Notes: generated from the letters alone by a model not told the origin. Positions 38,357 to 51,373 are shown, counted from the first letter of the whole stretch. The stretch: DNA of 63,466 nt, filler included, from Folioceros fuciformis (GCA_049999805.1; 11 parts of 11 records of this genome joined end to end with filler, not necessarily neighbours in it), one strand, 5' to 3'. Program-made: numbers and translations.

Positions 38357-39490
38357 TTATGCGAGCGAGACGCCGCGTGGCGTGCCCGCTTCTTCCGCCA
38401 CGGCGAAAAGGCGGGGCGCATAAGGGGCGGATGAGGAGGAGGGACGGGAAGGCACGGCGTAAACGAGGTCTTCCTCGCCTTCCTCCACGACTGGCTCCCG
38501 CTCCTTGGGCGGCGGGGTGGGCTTGCCGGGCCCGAAAACCACAGCCTGGCCCACCACGGCGTCACGCTCCATCTCCTGTGCAGTGCGGCGTTTGAGGAGC
38601 TCCCCGTCCCTGCGCAGCTCCCCCGAGTACCTCCGGCTGTCCGAGTGCACCAGGTGCGACCGCTCGTGGCCGCCCGGGAGGGGGCCCGAGTGAGGGTACC
38701 GACGACCGGACGCCTGCCGATGCCTGTGGCTACTTGGAATCGGGCCCGATTGTGAAGGCCGGTACCCGGCCGCCTGCGACCGGGAGGAGCCAGAGCCGGA
38801 GCCGGGGGTGTCAGTACCGGACGCCCGCGCCGAAAGGGAAGGGGACGGCGCCTGGGACATGTTCCCTCCTATCGTCGGGTTGGTGCTCATAGCCATTGAA
38901 TGGGAGCCCGGGGTGTAGCCATCCTCGTCCGGCGAGGGCCGCATCATGAAGTTTATGTAAGCCTTCACCAGCCCCGTCACCGGGCTGAAGATGGCAGTTG
39001 TCCATCTCGACATCTTCTTCGTCTTCTTCGCGTCCTTGCTCGCCCGCGTCTCGATGGACGTCTTCTTGCTGCCTGTTCCTGTTCCAGCTCTTGCTTCTGC
39101 TCCTGTTCCTGTTCCAGCTCTTGCTTCTGCTCCTGTTCCAGCTCTTGTTCCTGCTCCTGTTCCTTCTCCTGCTCCTGCTCCTGCTCCTGCTCGTTCCCCT
39201 CCTCCTGCTCCTGCTCTGCTATCGCTGCTGCTAGCGACATTGGCGTGCATGCCTACGCCGGTGCCGTCCGGCGGGTCCGGGTTGACAGCCGGAGAAGGAG
39301 CAGAGGCAGCGGCTTCCGCTGGCTTGATGGACCGGCTATGGCGAAACACCTTGGAGGGAGTTCGCAGCATTCTGCGCACAGAGCGGTTAAAGCCACCATA
39401 AGTGCCCCTGCTGCTGCGGCCGCTGCTGACTCGAAATAGGGGCTTGTGACGCCCGGAGAGGTTGCCAGTGCTCTGCTTAGACTCCTCCAT
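38357..39490 (-). CDS. Uncharacterised, largely disordered protein (~377 aa) with Gly/Ala/Thr repeats and one amphipathic helix
   Basis: Long single-exon ORF with ATG at 39490 just after a TTCCAG acceptor; helix MSRWTTAIFSPVTGLVKAYINFMMR; SGPI/SGPL/SGEL motifs. Confidence 0.6.
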   Translation of the reverse strand: MEESKQSTGNLSGRHKPLFRVSSGRSSRGTYGGFNRSVRRMLRTPSKVFRHSRSIKPAEAAASAPSPAVNPDPPDGTGVGMHANVASSSDSRAGAGGGERAGAGAGAGEGTGAGTRAGTGAEARAGTGTGAEARAGTGTGSKKTSIETRASKDAKKTKKMSRWTTAIFSPVTGLVKAYINFMMRPSPDEDGYTPGSHSMAMSTNPTIGGNMSQAPSPSLSARASGTDTPGSGSGSSRSQAAGYRPSQSGPIPSSHRHRQASGRRYPHSGPLPGGHERSHLVHSDSRRYSGELRRDGELLKRRTAQEMERDAVVGQAVVFGPGKPTPPPKEREPVVEEGEEDLVYAVPSRPSSSSAPYAPRLFAVAEEAGTPRGVSLA

Positions 39491-39782
39491 ACTGGAATAG
39501 ATAAAAATTGTGTACTGGTACCAAGAGAGGATGCCGATAAGATTCCTGTGAGAGGCCCGAACTCTGGCGCTACCGCACAATGTGAAGGAGCATGCCACTA
39601 GAGTCTGGATCGCCAGGACAGGGAGAATATCCACAGAACTGTGGGGATAGGCGGCGCGCTTCCAAGCCCGGCGCGGCAACACAGCAGACGGCCTCCCAGC
39701 CTTGCCGGATTCATGAATCCTGACCGAAGATGCGCAACCTGCGGAGGACGAGAGAGCAGCGATCCAGGCTCCTGCAGGAGAG

Positions 39783-39824
<42 letters not shown>

Positions 39825-40558
39825 GGGTAGGAGCAGATGCAAATGAGGAAGAAGAAATGAGGAGGACGTCGGAGCTGGTTGCATCCCTCGGAAGGAAGTC
39901 TGCAGGCTTCAACGACGCTCTCCTGCGAAAACGAGGAATCGCAACACCGACCGAATAACACTGCGAAAGCGAAAGCGTCAACACGGTTTCACTCCAGTCA
40001 AACAATCCAAGCACACCAGGCGGGGGGCGGACTCAGTGNNNNNNNNNNNNNNNNNNNNNNNNNNNNNNNNNNNNNNNNNNNNTTAATTAATTAANNNNNN
40101 NNNNNNNNNNNNNNNNNNNNNNNNNNNNNNNNNNNNNNACCGCATACTCCGCGCTGCCCGGTTTGCTTACCTGCCTGCTACTGTAGCCGCGGCCGCGCCC
40201 CCTCCACTTCCCGGTTATCCTCTCCCCGACACGCCGCTCTCCCGCCCAAAATTACTCATGTCCGTTGTAACTTCTGTAACACTGTTCGGCAGTTAGACAA
40301 AGGATTTCCCTCCTTTCCAGCCTCCTGCTCTATCTAATTCACATGGCTTGACCCCAAACCATCCAGCCAGCCAGCCAGCCAGCCATCCCTTCCTTTCCCC
40401 CCTTGGCAACGCACATATAGTCTGCCGCCACCTGCTGTTCCCTCGGCAACCAACGACCGGAAACAAAACCCACAAACAAATAAAAGCCAAACCGAAACGG
40501 AACAAAACAAATGATTCCAAAGGCTACTTGTTTGCCAGCCACGGCCCACAGGGGTGAG

Positions 40559-40674
40559 CTTGCTAGCAGCCTGGACAGGAATTGGAACTTTCTAGCAGTC
40601 TGGACAGGAATTGGAACTTGCTAGCAGTCTGGACAGGAATTGGAACTTGCTAGCAGCCTGGACAGGAATTGGAA
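40559..40674. repeat. 29-bp tandem repeat, 4 copies
   Basis: CTT(G/T)CTAGCAG(C/T)CTGGACAGGAATTGGAA four times head-to-tail with no spacers. Confidence 0.95.
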
Positions 40675-43026
40675 CGTCAATGAATCTCGTCTCCAAGAAA
40701 TATTATTGAACATTCATCATAAGTAAAGACATTTATGATAACAAGTGATTAGCATGAGGTTTGTCCATGAAGGACGGATTGCCATGGAACTCACAAGAGC
40801 TTCACCTTGTTGTGGATTGCATACATGGATTTGCATGCTACTTGATGTTGTGGCCTTCTAATATGCTCTCATGCAACAAGTTGGAGAGGGATGAAAGTGA
40901 ATGTTGGAATCCTATTTGCGATTAGGAATCGCGGAAAACGAAGTTGGGCAGGAACCGCCAGAGCATAAATCAAGGCACCAAAACTGCAGGGAGGAAGAGG
41001 CCTGGATGGGACAAAGGCCCACTAGGTATAGCTGCAAAGATCACAACGAAGGGTTTCAGGTATGCTTATTGGACAGTACACATATAAATGGCAGAAAATC
41101 ATAATTTTCTGCTCTAACCGAGGTGATCAATCCGGATACGGACGACTCAGAGGAAGCCGTGTGCGCAGTAGCCTTACGGCTGGACCGAGATCGGTTGCGG
41201 ACGCCGCAAGGCACGGTCGTGGGAGGCACAGCACAGGCACAGTCGACAGCAGATACAAGGGGTCTCCTGCAGGTTCCCGGCAAGTTCTGCGAGGATGAAG
41301 GTGAGGTCAGATGTGAAGAGGCTCTGTGAGCATTGCAGAGACCATGGTGAAGCGAAGGCAAGGCGGCCAGTGTACGTTCTGTGTGCCTCGAATGCTAAGC
41401 GCAAGCAGCGGCAGGGATTTTCCACCTTCGCCGCAGAAGCAAGGACTGCTGTTGCTACTCAGTGCCTTTGAGCCATCAGCAGACGGTGCGGGTCTACGCA
41501 CCTTCCCAGCACTCCAGCCCCTGCCAGGTGTGTTTCCCAGGCCCTTCCTTGCCTAATTCGTCTCACGGCCGGCGTAGGGCAAACTTTGGCGTGTGCTGCC
41601 TGCCTCTACTCTTCTTCCCTTCCTTTGCTCGGCTAATTGGCGTGACAGCCATGCGTAGCTCAGAAGGCTCCCACTCTGTGTCACCTGAGCTGAGTTGGCT
41701 TCTCTGGATCAGCCTGCCATCTGAGCACACGCTGGTTCTGCCTCTTTGGTGCAGAGGTCATCTTCTACAGTTCAAGGAACTGGACTCGGTGGTAGGCGCT
41801 CCTTTCGAAGTGAAGGCGTCGGCTTGGCCTCTCTTCTGTCCAACGCTTCTTTGACGTTTCAGGCCTGAAGAGAAAAGGTGACGCGTTGTCTTCCTCCCTG
41901 GATACCTCACCTATCCATCCGTCTCTGGCGCATGGTTCACTGCGCTGCGGTCCTTCATCGCGAGGGTTTCATACATACAGTATGTACCTCGCTCGCTCGC
42001 TCGCTCTCTCGCTCCCGTTTTCATTTGAACAGCAGTAATTCCAGGCGGGTTATGAAGTGTTAGAGGATCGCATTCTGCCGTGTGCCCTACAGCAGGGGTG
42101 GGCTGGCATCTATTGGAGTCGTACTTGCGGGTACGGGAATGTCTAGCCTCGTCGAGTCCTGCGTGTCATTCATTGAGTCTCACCATTCACCCCGGGGTGC
42201 GTCACGTCCGTCCACTTCCCTTTGTGGTCCTCCCGAGACGTCTCTGACAAGCGTCCCGAGAATTCGGTTTCTTTTGTGTCCTTCATTGACGGCAAATCGC
42301 AGCTCGAGGTCGGAAAAGTGCCGGAAAGTCGAGCCCTGGACACAAGCAGGCAGGATATTTCCGGCGGCGGGAGAGAGAAGTGCGATGTGGCGAACGTGTG
42401 ATACCATACCCTCCCGACTCCGTCTGGCCCGACGGGTCCCGGTGCTGCCACATGTGAAGATTCACTTCGAATCACGCGTATACCTGTACAAGATAGGTAC
42501 ACTTGAGGTAAGGACGTAGGTATGTATCCCACCAGTCGCTCAACTGCTCACATACAGACGCCGTTGCCCTCTCCAGTCAAGTCACCTTCTCATACACCGC
42601 GTGTATTCGCATCCAGACAGACGCTTTCTTTACAGATATCTTATCACAGGGTGGGCGGCGCGCTGTACCTAGAAATGAATAATGTGGTACTTTCAGGCAC
42701 ACATTCGACATGGGACAGTCATCTGACAGGTACGTGACGACATGCAGTTGCGCAGAGAAGAAATGCAGATACTGATTTAGCGAAATGTCGGCTGTGGACC
42801 TTATCACTCTCTTACAAAGTTCGGGAGATGAAACAGGCCCACGAGGCTTGCATATTTTGCTCCGACAATTTGCCTTCTGATGGATCAGCATCAGCCCACA
42901 TCAACATCATGTGCGCACAGCCTAATCAATGAGGAAAGGGGGTAGGCCCAGGTACACATCCCACTTACTTGATACATTGAGTTGGTGTACTTGCTGATGC
43001 TGAGACGAGAGCTTAGTTCTTTTGTC

Positions 43027-45662
43027 TTACTTCAATCTCGGGACATAAGAACCCATGCATGGCGCGTCAGTGTTCTTAGGCAGCTCCGCGATCAGCTCTT
43101 CCACTGCAGTTAAGGCATTGCCCAGGATTTTCTTTTCGATTAGGAGTAGTTCCGTGGCCACACGCTTCTTCGGATCCGTGTTGACATCTTCCACCTGCAT
43201 CGGGATTTTCAAGGGAAAGTAAGATGAGGCCGGAGGAAATACTTGCAAATAGGACTTTTCTCGCGACGGGGGAACCCACCACTGCTTTATCCTCGGCCCT
43301 TGTTGTGCGATACCCAGCCAGTCTCTTGGAGAAGTAGCCTACAAGTTGGTCAAGCACAGCACGCTCGTTGCACGGGCTTACCTGTGATTCCACACATCAG
43401 GAAGGTTCGACCGGTGAGGAGAGGACTATGACCACACCATACTGATGGTGACGAGCACATCTGCTGGACCTAAGGGTTCACTCACAGGACATACAGGGCC
43501 TTGGGCAAAGATGACAGACTCCATGGCTGTTTGATCGGAGACATGACCCAGCCGTAAATATGGGAGCATGTCCACAATGTTTTCCTTCTCCTTGCCCTTG
43601 AAGATCTGCATCGATAGGAGAGTTACACAATGAAGCAGAATAAACTCCATCATCTGGACACATTGATGCTGGACACAATGATGATGAGCAGTGCTTCCTC
43701 TTACTTGGAAGGTTTGAACCGTCAATCGATTGTTTTTCTGAACGATCTGCCTCTTACTTTGATAGAGGGGATCATTGGTGTCCAACGCCGCCTTCATTAT
43801 ACCCCCCGAGGAAACCGTATCAGTATCAATATCATGCTAGAGAGGCACCACACAACTGCTCTGCGTCTCGGTAACACGTGAGGGCTACCAGGAGATGCAT
43901 CACAGACAGAGCAAGACTGACGTATGGTCCATCAAGCTCGCGTAATACCTCGATAGAAAGACGGTCATAGGGATTCCGCTTATCCACAAATCCATAGTTC
44001 AGCAGCAGTCGAGTATTTGGTTGAGGACCACACCTGGAGAGAGAGCATTAAGGTGAGACGCAAAAGAAGATGTAGGGTTTGACACTACCACAAGGCTCTG
44101 GAATTTTGATCCCCAGCAACGCCATGCTACAACAAGCGTACCAGACAGAAATGGGGTCTCCCTTCTTATACGACCGATCAACCTCCAGTTGCACACTGTT
44201 CCCCACCGCCTTCAACATCGCCTTGCAATTACTCTCATACGCCAACAGGGGTGGACCCATAGGCACCAAGGCAAATCTTCTAGCCAGGCTTACACCCTGA
44301 GAGTCAAACGACAAGGTCAGAAAGCCCCGTTCTCGTACAGAAGAACCGTAGGCATCCACATGAAGAGCAACAGGTACCTGGAGGTGAACAACACACGACT
44401 GAACTGCCACAAACGCCTGCTTGAAGATGTCGAAGGAGAAAGCCTCCGTGGGTATATCGAACGGGTACTCCTGCCGACATGAAGGGCTTGAATCGAATCT
44501 CCCAGTTCATCAACTGCAGTGGCGCAGACAGAAAGAAGAGGGAACACACACCTCATACCTTGAACAGCGAGCCTGCCATGAACCAGACGGTATCCAGTTC
44601 CGCATACTCCCGCTTAATGCCCTCCAGCCTTTCAAGCACAACATCCTGCCAGGCATGAATCATGCCAGGTGTGAGGGCGGCTGCCAAAAACCACCAAAGC
44701 ACCGTGCAGGGTCTTCCTTCTTGGTCGGGTTCCAGACCCTTACCCGCATAGGGCTGCCAGTGAAATACTCGTCGAGCTCGTGCCTGGACCAGAGAAGAGG
44801 CGACTCCACAGCCAGCTGGCCCCTCCCCCGTTGCCTGTCCAGTTCCCTGATGTAAGGATACCAAAAAGACTCCTTCCCCCGCTTCTTCTCGTACATGAGG
44901 TAGAGAGCGAGGCAGGCCAGTTCCGAGAGCTTGTTGGTCGTCAGTAGCTCCGCTGCATTCACAAACCCACCGGGGTAGCGGAGATGAGAAACACATGATC
45001 CTCATCCGTCACTGCACCCACGGCAGCATGCCCACATCAGCCAAGCAAGCTCTCACCGATGGTTTCGTCTCCCAACACCCTCTCCAACGTGACCACCAGC
45101 GAGTTAGGCACCGCCAATGCCACATCTCCGGGCTGCAGCAGTACCCCCGCGGGTCAATAAAACAAAACAAAACAAAAAAACCCCAGCCGCGTCAGGAGCA
45201 AGTGAAACAATCCTTCTGTGCTGCGGGCCGAGGCGCGGCGCACACCTGCAGGTCCTCACTAGCCACCACGTAGTGGATGGGCTTCCCACAGCCGCCCGAC
45301 GCCGGCCTCTCCAGGAGATCCACTTTGCAGGGAGGCAAGCCGTGCTCGATCATCCACTCCTTGAGGTCCACCTCGGAGGCGGTGTGGTCGGGGAATTGCG
45401 AGGCCGCCTGCAGGTCGGCATTGCTGGCCAGCGTAGTCCCCGCGGAGCAGGCGCGCACTTGCGCCTGCCCCTGCCCTTGCCCTTGCCCCTGTGTGAGACC
45501 ACCACCCCGCCCATGGCCCTCACAGGCCCCGACTGCCCTCAACTGTGCAGGAGCCAGGCGCAGCGGGCTCAGATTCAGGAACGCGCAAGAGCGCAGCTGC
45601 GCGGGAGACGCCACCGGCTTGCAGGCCAAGCAGCCCAAGCTGCTGCCTGCCGCAGCCTGCAT
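43027..45662 (-). CDS. SAFE1: Plastid SET-domain / Rubisco-LSMT-like protein (At5g14260 / SAFEGUARD1 type), multi-exon
   Basis: Transit-like N-terminus, HGLPPCKV, ELLTTNKLSELACLALYLMYEKK...RELDRQRGRGQLAVESPLLWS, RRFALVPMGPPLLAY, C-terminus PCMGSYVPRLK. Confidence 0.85.
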
Positions 45663-47537
45663 CCTGCCTGCCCTCCTCCTCCCAGAGCAACTTGCCTATT
45701 CCTGCTGCTGCTCCTGCTCCTGCACTGGGCGCCTGCCTTCCGCCTCCTTACCGCCCCGCCATCGCAACCGAATCCACTACGCTGCGCCCGTTTCCTCAAT
45801 ACCCTCAGGCTCCTCCTTCGCCACAGCAACAAGAAGTGCAAGACTATGAAACACTCTCCGCTGAAGATACGAACCTGGTCGATTCCACTGGATTCAGTGG
45901 TTTCGTTCGTCCATTTCTTTTCTTTTCTTTTTCTTTCCCCAAAACTCCGAACCTCCCATCAACACGACATGAGCATGCTTTCTCATCTTGTGAAGACACA
46001 AACTTCAGTCCTAGCTTTGTCNNNNNNNNNNNNNNNNNNNNNNNNNNNNNNNNNNNNNNNNNNNNTTAATTAATTAANNNNNNNNNNNNNNNNNNNNNNN
46101 NNNNNNNNNNNNNNNNNNNNNCCGAAGAGTAGGTTTCCGCAAGATCTACGAAATCCCACCAGCCCTACACTGAGCCAGCACGAATAGAACGCCCGCAGGG
46201 CTCACGTGCAGGCAACCATGGCATACACTGCAGAGTAGCAGAAGGGACCTCCGAGTTCAGCCAGGCTGCGTGAACAAGGGTGCCTGTCGTAAGGGCAAGG
46301 TTGGCTGGAGGCCGCTGTCGTCTGACCAAGAACCACCAACCGACCTAAACCGGCCTGGTTCGCTATGGTTGCGCGCTGTTTCCAGGAAATCAGAAGCAGA
46401 ACGGTTGCTCCACTCTCGTAGTCCTACCCCTCTCACTCTACCTTCCTTTCTCCGACTTCCACGTCCCCTGCTGGACCACACCCGAAGCGGCGTGGCACCA
46501 TGTTTTCCTGAGCTGGCGTTGCTGCAGCCAAGCTCTTGCCTAGCCCTTCCCCGCCTGCCCATTCTTCCTCATCTGATCTGATCCGATCCCTTCGGATCTG
46601 GTATTTCCATCTCCGAGCAGGGCAGAAGAGAAGAGGAGACCAGAAAGAGCAGTTGGCCAGCATCTAGTCGGCAGAGGGGAACCATATATGGTCAATTGGA
46701 AGATCAATTACTCCTTGCAAATTTTGTGTTGCTGGTGCGCGACATCTGAGCACGTTTGCTGTGGTGGAAGCCTTTGAGAGCTCCCGTGGTGTATTTGCGT
46801 GCCTGAATTGGTGGGTGGTTAGGCGGTTGCGGCTGCGGTTCTTGCCCGCGTCCCAGGAAGCGATAGAAGGTCTTGCGGCTGGAGAGGAGATCGGTCGAGC
46901 TGCCTTTTTCTGAGGTGGTTGTGTACGGATCTAGAAGGAGGAGGATTTGAGAGCTGATCCCTTATTCTGCGATGCTGGATCGGAGGTGCCGTTGTAGAAT
47001 TCGGGGCCAGAAGAAAGCCAGAGACGTATGCAGCGGTAGCTCTGATTCGGTTGAATGTCAGAAATGTCATAAATCCAGCTAGCGTGGCGGATGTGAAACG
47101 AGAAGGCGGTGCCGGGATAGTCCAAGGTCGAGACAGCGTTCGCATTCGCGTCTGCATCCGGTCGGCCAAGTGGAGAGCCGACCGACCTTTTGATCATGAC
47201 GTATGCTATTTGGGGGATCTAGGACTCTGTGCCTGTCAACTGCTGATGCCAACGACCAGAGCATCGGGAGGAGTGTAAGTACTTGCTGGGTGTCCTTAAG
47301 CGAAATCGTGTGCCGGAGGTGGCTACCGATGTTTGCCACGATCACGATCGATGGTCGAGATCTGGGGATTAGAACCCTTGGGCCAACGCTGCAGGTGTTG
47401 TGTGTGTGTGTGGAAATTTGATGCCGGGGAGGGCGGGTCCAGGGTGTCGGTACGTGTGTGGAGGAATTGCCAAAGAGTGCTGGCATTTTTTGGGATTGTT
47501 TGAAAACAGGTGTTAAGACTCAACAAGTACGCGGAGG

Positions 47538-49529
47538 ATGGGGATGGAGAGTCTGTACAGAGCTGCCAAGGGAGGCGGGATTTTTGTGGGCATTAGGGTG
47601 AAGCAGCTGATGGTGAGCTTGGTTGCCTTGATGGGCGTGTTGTTGGTGGTGGCAGCTTCGTGGGAGGGATCACCTATTCCTCTTTCAGCATTGCTGCTCC
47701 GGCGACCAGGACCTGGCTCAGGAGTGCCTTTTCATTTCGGTGAGATGGGATTGCTGCATCTGGGCTGCTTTGCTGTGGACAGGAGTTGGAATTCTGAGGA
47801 GAAGGGTGGCTAATGCAGGTAGTTTTAAGTTGTCGCCCGACGATGCTGATCGGGAGGACCCTGGAAAAAGGGTAACTGTAGACATTGTGGTCGTTGATGA
47901 GGGCCAAGGTGCGAGATCCGGATGGCATGAAATTTTGCTCTGCAAACTCTCCTCTTTGGTTTCATCATCGGAATGTAGTGACTTGCAAGCAGACCACATC
48001 TGCATCTGAGGTGTGTGAGATGACGTGGTTGCCTGCAGATGACAGCACTTTAACAGGGGACACCACAGTGGAGGACATCAAGCCTAATCAGAATACCGAA
48101 TTCATAGAGAATAAATTCATCGACGACTCTAAGAGCTTAGAAGAGTCTGTGAAAGAGAAGATAAGCCAGGACAACGAGGATGGGAAGGTGGAACAGGACA
48201 TGGAGAGCAAGATCGTCAAGCCCACCCACGACTCAAAGGAGGAGGAAGTGGAGACGAACATCAACAAGCCCACTGAAGACGTCAAGGAGCTCGAGGAAGA
48301 TACCCCCAGTTTGCCAGAAGCTGTAGAACAAGCAGGTGCCCTGTCTCTGCAAATCCTTCATCTCCATCAGGTTGCCTTGCTCTGGTGCTCATGCCTGCCG
48401 CCCCTCTTACAGGTGGCCAGTGCGACTTCACAAGCGGCCAGTGGGTGAAGGATGTGGCGAGAGCCCCTTACTCGGGAGAGGCATGCTTCAAGAAGGAGTG
48501 GCTCTCCTTCATGTGGGCGTGCCGGATCTACGATCGCCCGGACTTCGAGTACGAGAAATACAGATGGCAGCCGGATGGATGTGCCCTGCCCAACTTGGAC
48601 GCAGAGGCATTCTTATCCAGGTGAACAGCCCATTTCCTTCACCTCACTCCCCTTCCCGTCACTTCGAATTCACTCGTCCTCAGCCTCAGTATCGGCGATG
48701 GTGATGCAGAATGCAGAACAAGGTGGTGGGTTTTGTGGGCGATTCACTGGGCAGGCAGCAGTTCCAGTCCCTGATGTGCCTGCTCACGGGGGGCGGGGTG
48801 GAGCGGGAGGCGGAGGACGTGGGCCGCTGGTTCGGCTTCGACAAGGTGCCCAAGAACGGGAAGCCCTCAGGCTGGGCGTACCGCTTCTCGCCCACCAACA
48901 CCACAGTTCTCTTCTACTGGACCACGTGCTTGTGCGACATCGAGCCCATCCGGAACGACCCAGGAAAGCGCTCTAAAATGCACTTGGACCGCCCGGCTGT
49001 ATTCCTCCGGTACCACCTCTCGCAGCTCCACGTGTTGGTGCTCAACACGGGCCACCACTGGAATCGGGGAAAGATAGAGGGCAACAAGTGGGTGATGCAC
49101 CGCGAGGGCCAGCCGGTTCAGGACCGCCGCTTCACCATCTCCGACGCCTACCGATTCACAGCCGTGACCATCACGCGGTGGGTGCACCGGCATCACACAG
49201 GCCAGCAGCAGATCTTCTTCCGAACCTTGTCCCCTCGCCATTTCATGAACGGGGACTGGAATACGGGCGGGACGTGCGACAACCTGGGAGGCCTGGCCGC
49301 CGAGGAGGTGGCGAAGCGGCCCACCCGGGACCCGATCGCAGAGGAAGCCATAGCCGGGACCGATGTGCGCCTGCTCAACATCACCTTCCTCTCGCAGTTC
49401 AGAGGCGAATCACACGTCTCAAAGTACGGCCACAACACCAAATTCCAAGACTGTCTGCACTGGTGCCTGCCTGGGGTCCCGGACTGGTGGAACCACGTCC
49501 TCTCTGCCGAGCTCGATCTGCAGCCGTAG
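47538..49529 (+). CDS. Trichome-birefringence-like (TBL/PC-esterase) polysaccharide O-acetyltransferase, 5 exons
   Basis: N-terminal TM helix, CDFTSGQWV (PMR5N), YEKYRWQPDGC, FVGDSLGRQQFQSLMCLL, NTGHHWN, DCLHWCLPGVPDWWN. Confidence 0.93.
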
Positions 49530-50398
49530 TTGATACTCGCTTGTTTGTGATATCATCAGTTCTCTCAATTCCCTCATTAATTCTATCAACAGCCGCTTCG
49601 CTAGCTGGCTGGCTGGCTGGAGGCCCACGACTTGTTTTTCTCTCCTCTCCTCTCCTATGGCTGCTCTGTCCCTCCGACAAGCTCTGGCTATGGCTTTCCA
49701 ACTTCGTTGTGTATCCATGGTTTCCTTGGATGACTTTAGAGCTGGGTAGTACAATACTGAGGAGTACGTATGATAAAAACAATAAAAATTCCACAGATTA
49801 TTATGTAATTTTCGGCTATATTAAAATATCATTATTCTAGTTATTCTTCAGTTATAATTAGTCTTTTATTACAGCGTATACGTACATAGTCCAAACGAGC
49901 TATTTTCCTCAGCTTTTGGCTTTTCTCTTAGCACACTACAAGACGTGAGCTACAAACTGAATCCTCCAATAAGATGAAGACAGCGCTAGTACTTCCCCTT
50001 CCGACACTCCGTTATGCCGCAGCATGAATACTACACGACACTTCCCTTCCTTCTACTACAAGACAGCATTTCTCTTCCTTCTAGAAGGATGCTCGAGGAG
50101 ACAGGTACACAATTGTTTAGTACTTGATGGTCCTTGGGTACCAGATCAAGTATATGAAACGAAACGCTTCAAGCTTGACCACAAACCTTTGATTGTGTCT
50201 TGACTTGATGCGTTTCTGCCTGATGTGATGTGATGCTCATGTCACTGTTGAGATTTTGCTATGTTGAGTGTGTTAATATATGTCTGTTCTCCTAATCGCG
50301 GTTCAACAAGGGCAAGATGCAAAGAATGTGGGATAACATAACACCCTCTCCAGGCTCTGAAAATGTACTATCCTAGGCTACATCTACGTTCGTGCTGC

Positions 50399-51373
50399 TT
50401 ACTGGAAGCTGATGAATCTCCTAAGGGAAGCCACGAGGCTGGGTGGCCAGTGCTTGTTCTGCTGCACCCAGGCTGGGTCAGTGTATCTCGGATCCATCAG
50501 GGTGGCTAAGGTGAATTGTTGCTCAGCTGGTAGGACAGCGTGCTTGTCTGAGTACAATGCAGCAGCAAGGGCAGCGTGCACTTCCGGGTATCCTCTGAGG
50601 CTGATGGATGTGTCCTCCATCTCCAGGATGGCCTCCCCTCGATCCCCAACTTCGTAAAGTGCAATAGCACGTCCCACTCTTGCATACTCGGCCAAGGCCA
50701 GATCGCCAGCTTGACTGGTTATCTGTGTAGGACATAACGCAAGAGGGACAGAGAGTGAGCATTTCATTCCAGACCACAGATGCAAAATCAGTTTGTCACA
50801 CGTATACACATCAGATGCAAGGGTTACCTGGTTGAAGCATCGAAGTGCCTCGGCAAAGTCACCCTCGGCCTGGGCCTGCTTCCCCCGCTCCAGGAGACCC
50901 ACGGCCTCTGATACACGGGCTGAGAATTGATCGCTCTCCTCCTTCTCCGCTGCCGACACAGGGTCAAACCACTGTGTGCTTCCTTGGCTGGATGCTACAG
51001 CCAAATTCTCCAGCAAGATGGGCCCCCACATGGCCTCGCATGCTGGAGGCTGCCATAGCAGGAAGGAGAGCACCACTGCCACAACCCAGTTGCTGGACGC
51101 AGGATGTGAGTGTGAAGGCGAGCCATCACCGGCTGCTTCCTGCTGTTGGGAGTGGAGCGTTGTCGAGGTTGGAGCTCCTGCAGGAAATTCGAATCTGCCG
51201 GCGCTTGGTCGAGGAGCAGCCTTCAAGCAGGCCACAATCCTCGATTGCCGCCGTGTGCCTTTCCTCCGCCCTTGCTGCAACCCGCACCGGTGGTGAGACT
51301 CCGAAGCTCGTGTCTGGCCCAGGGCTGCAGACAGACACCCCGAGCAGGGAGCTGGCAGGACGGACGATCCCAT
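50399..51373 (-). CDS. Plastid/thylakoid-targeted TPR-like protein; exons 51373-50828 and 50722-50399
   Basis: Transit peptide, then a hydrophobic stretch ending in C-E-A; TPR helices GKQAQAEGDFAEALRCF and YARVGRAIALYEVG; YPEVHAALAAALY; WPPSLVASLRRFI. Confidence 0.8.
   Translation of the reverse strand: MGSSVLPAPCSGCLSAALGQTRASESHHRCGLQQGRRKGTRRQSRIVACLKAAPRPSAGRFEFPAGAPTSTTLHSQQQEAAGDGSPSHSHPASSNWVVAVVLSFLLWQPPACEAMWGPILLENLAVASSQGSTQWFDPVSAAEKEESDQFSARVSEAVGLLERGKQAQAEGDFAEALRCFNQVTLASDVYTCDKLILHLWSGMKCSLSVPLALCPTQITSQAGDLALAEYARVGRAIALYEVGDRGEAILEMEDTSISLRGYPEVHAALAAALYSDKHAVLPAEQQFTLATLMDPRYTDPAWVQQNKHWPPSLVASLRRFISFQ

Noticed and set aside
39491-39961. N-terminal 156 aa of the 534-aa ORF
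   Set aside because: Non-ATG start, microsatellite-derived RC repeats and an acceptor just before ATG 39490; more likely UTR or intron.
40559-40674. CRISPR array (29-bp repeats)
   Set aside because: No spacers, no cas genes, eukaryotic context; it is a plain tandem repeat.
46765-46790. miR477 target-like site TGGAAGCCTTTGAG in the TBL leader
   Set aside because: The match covers only the miRNA 3'/central part as recalled; positions pairing with the miRNA 5' end are mostly mismatched.
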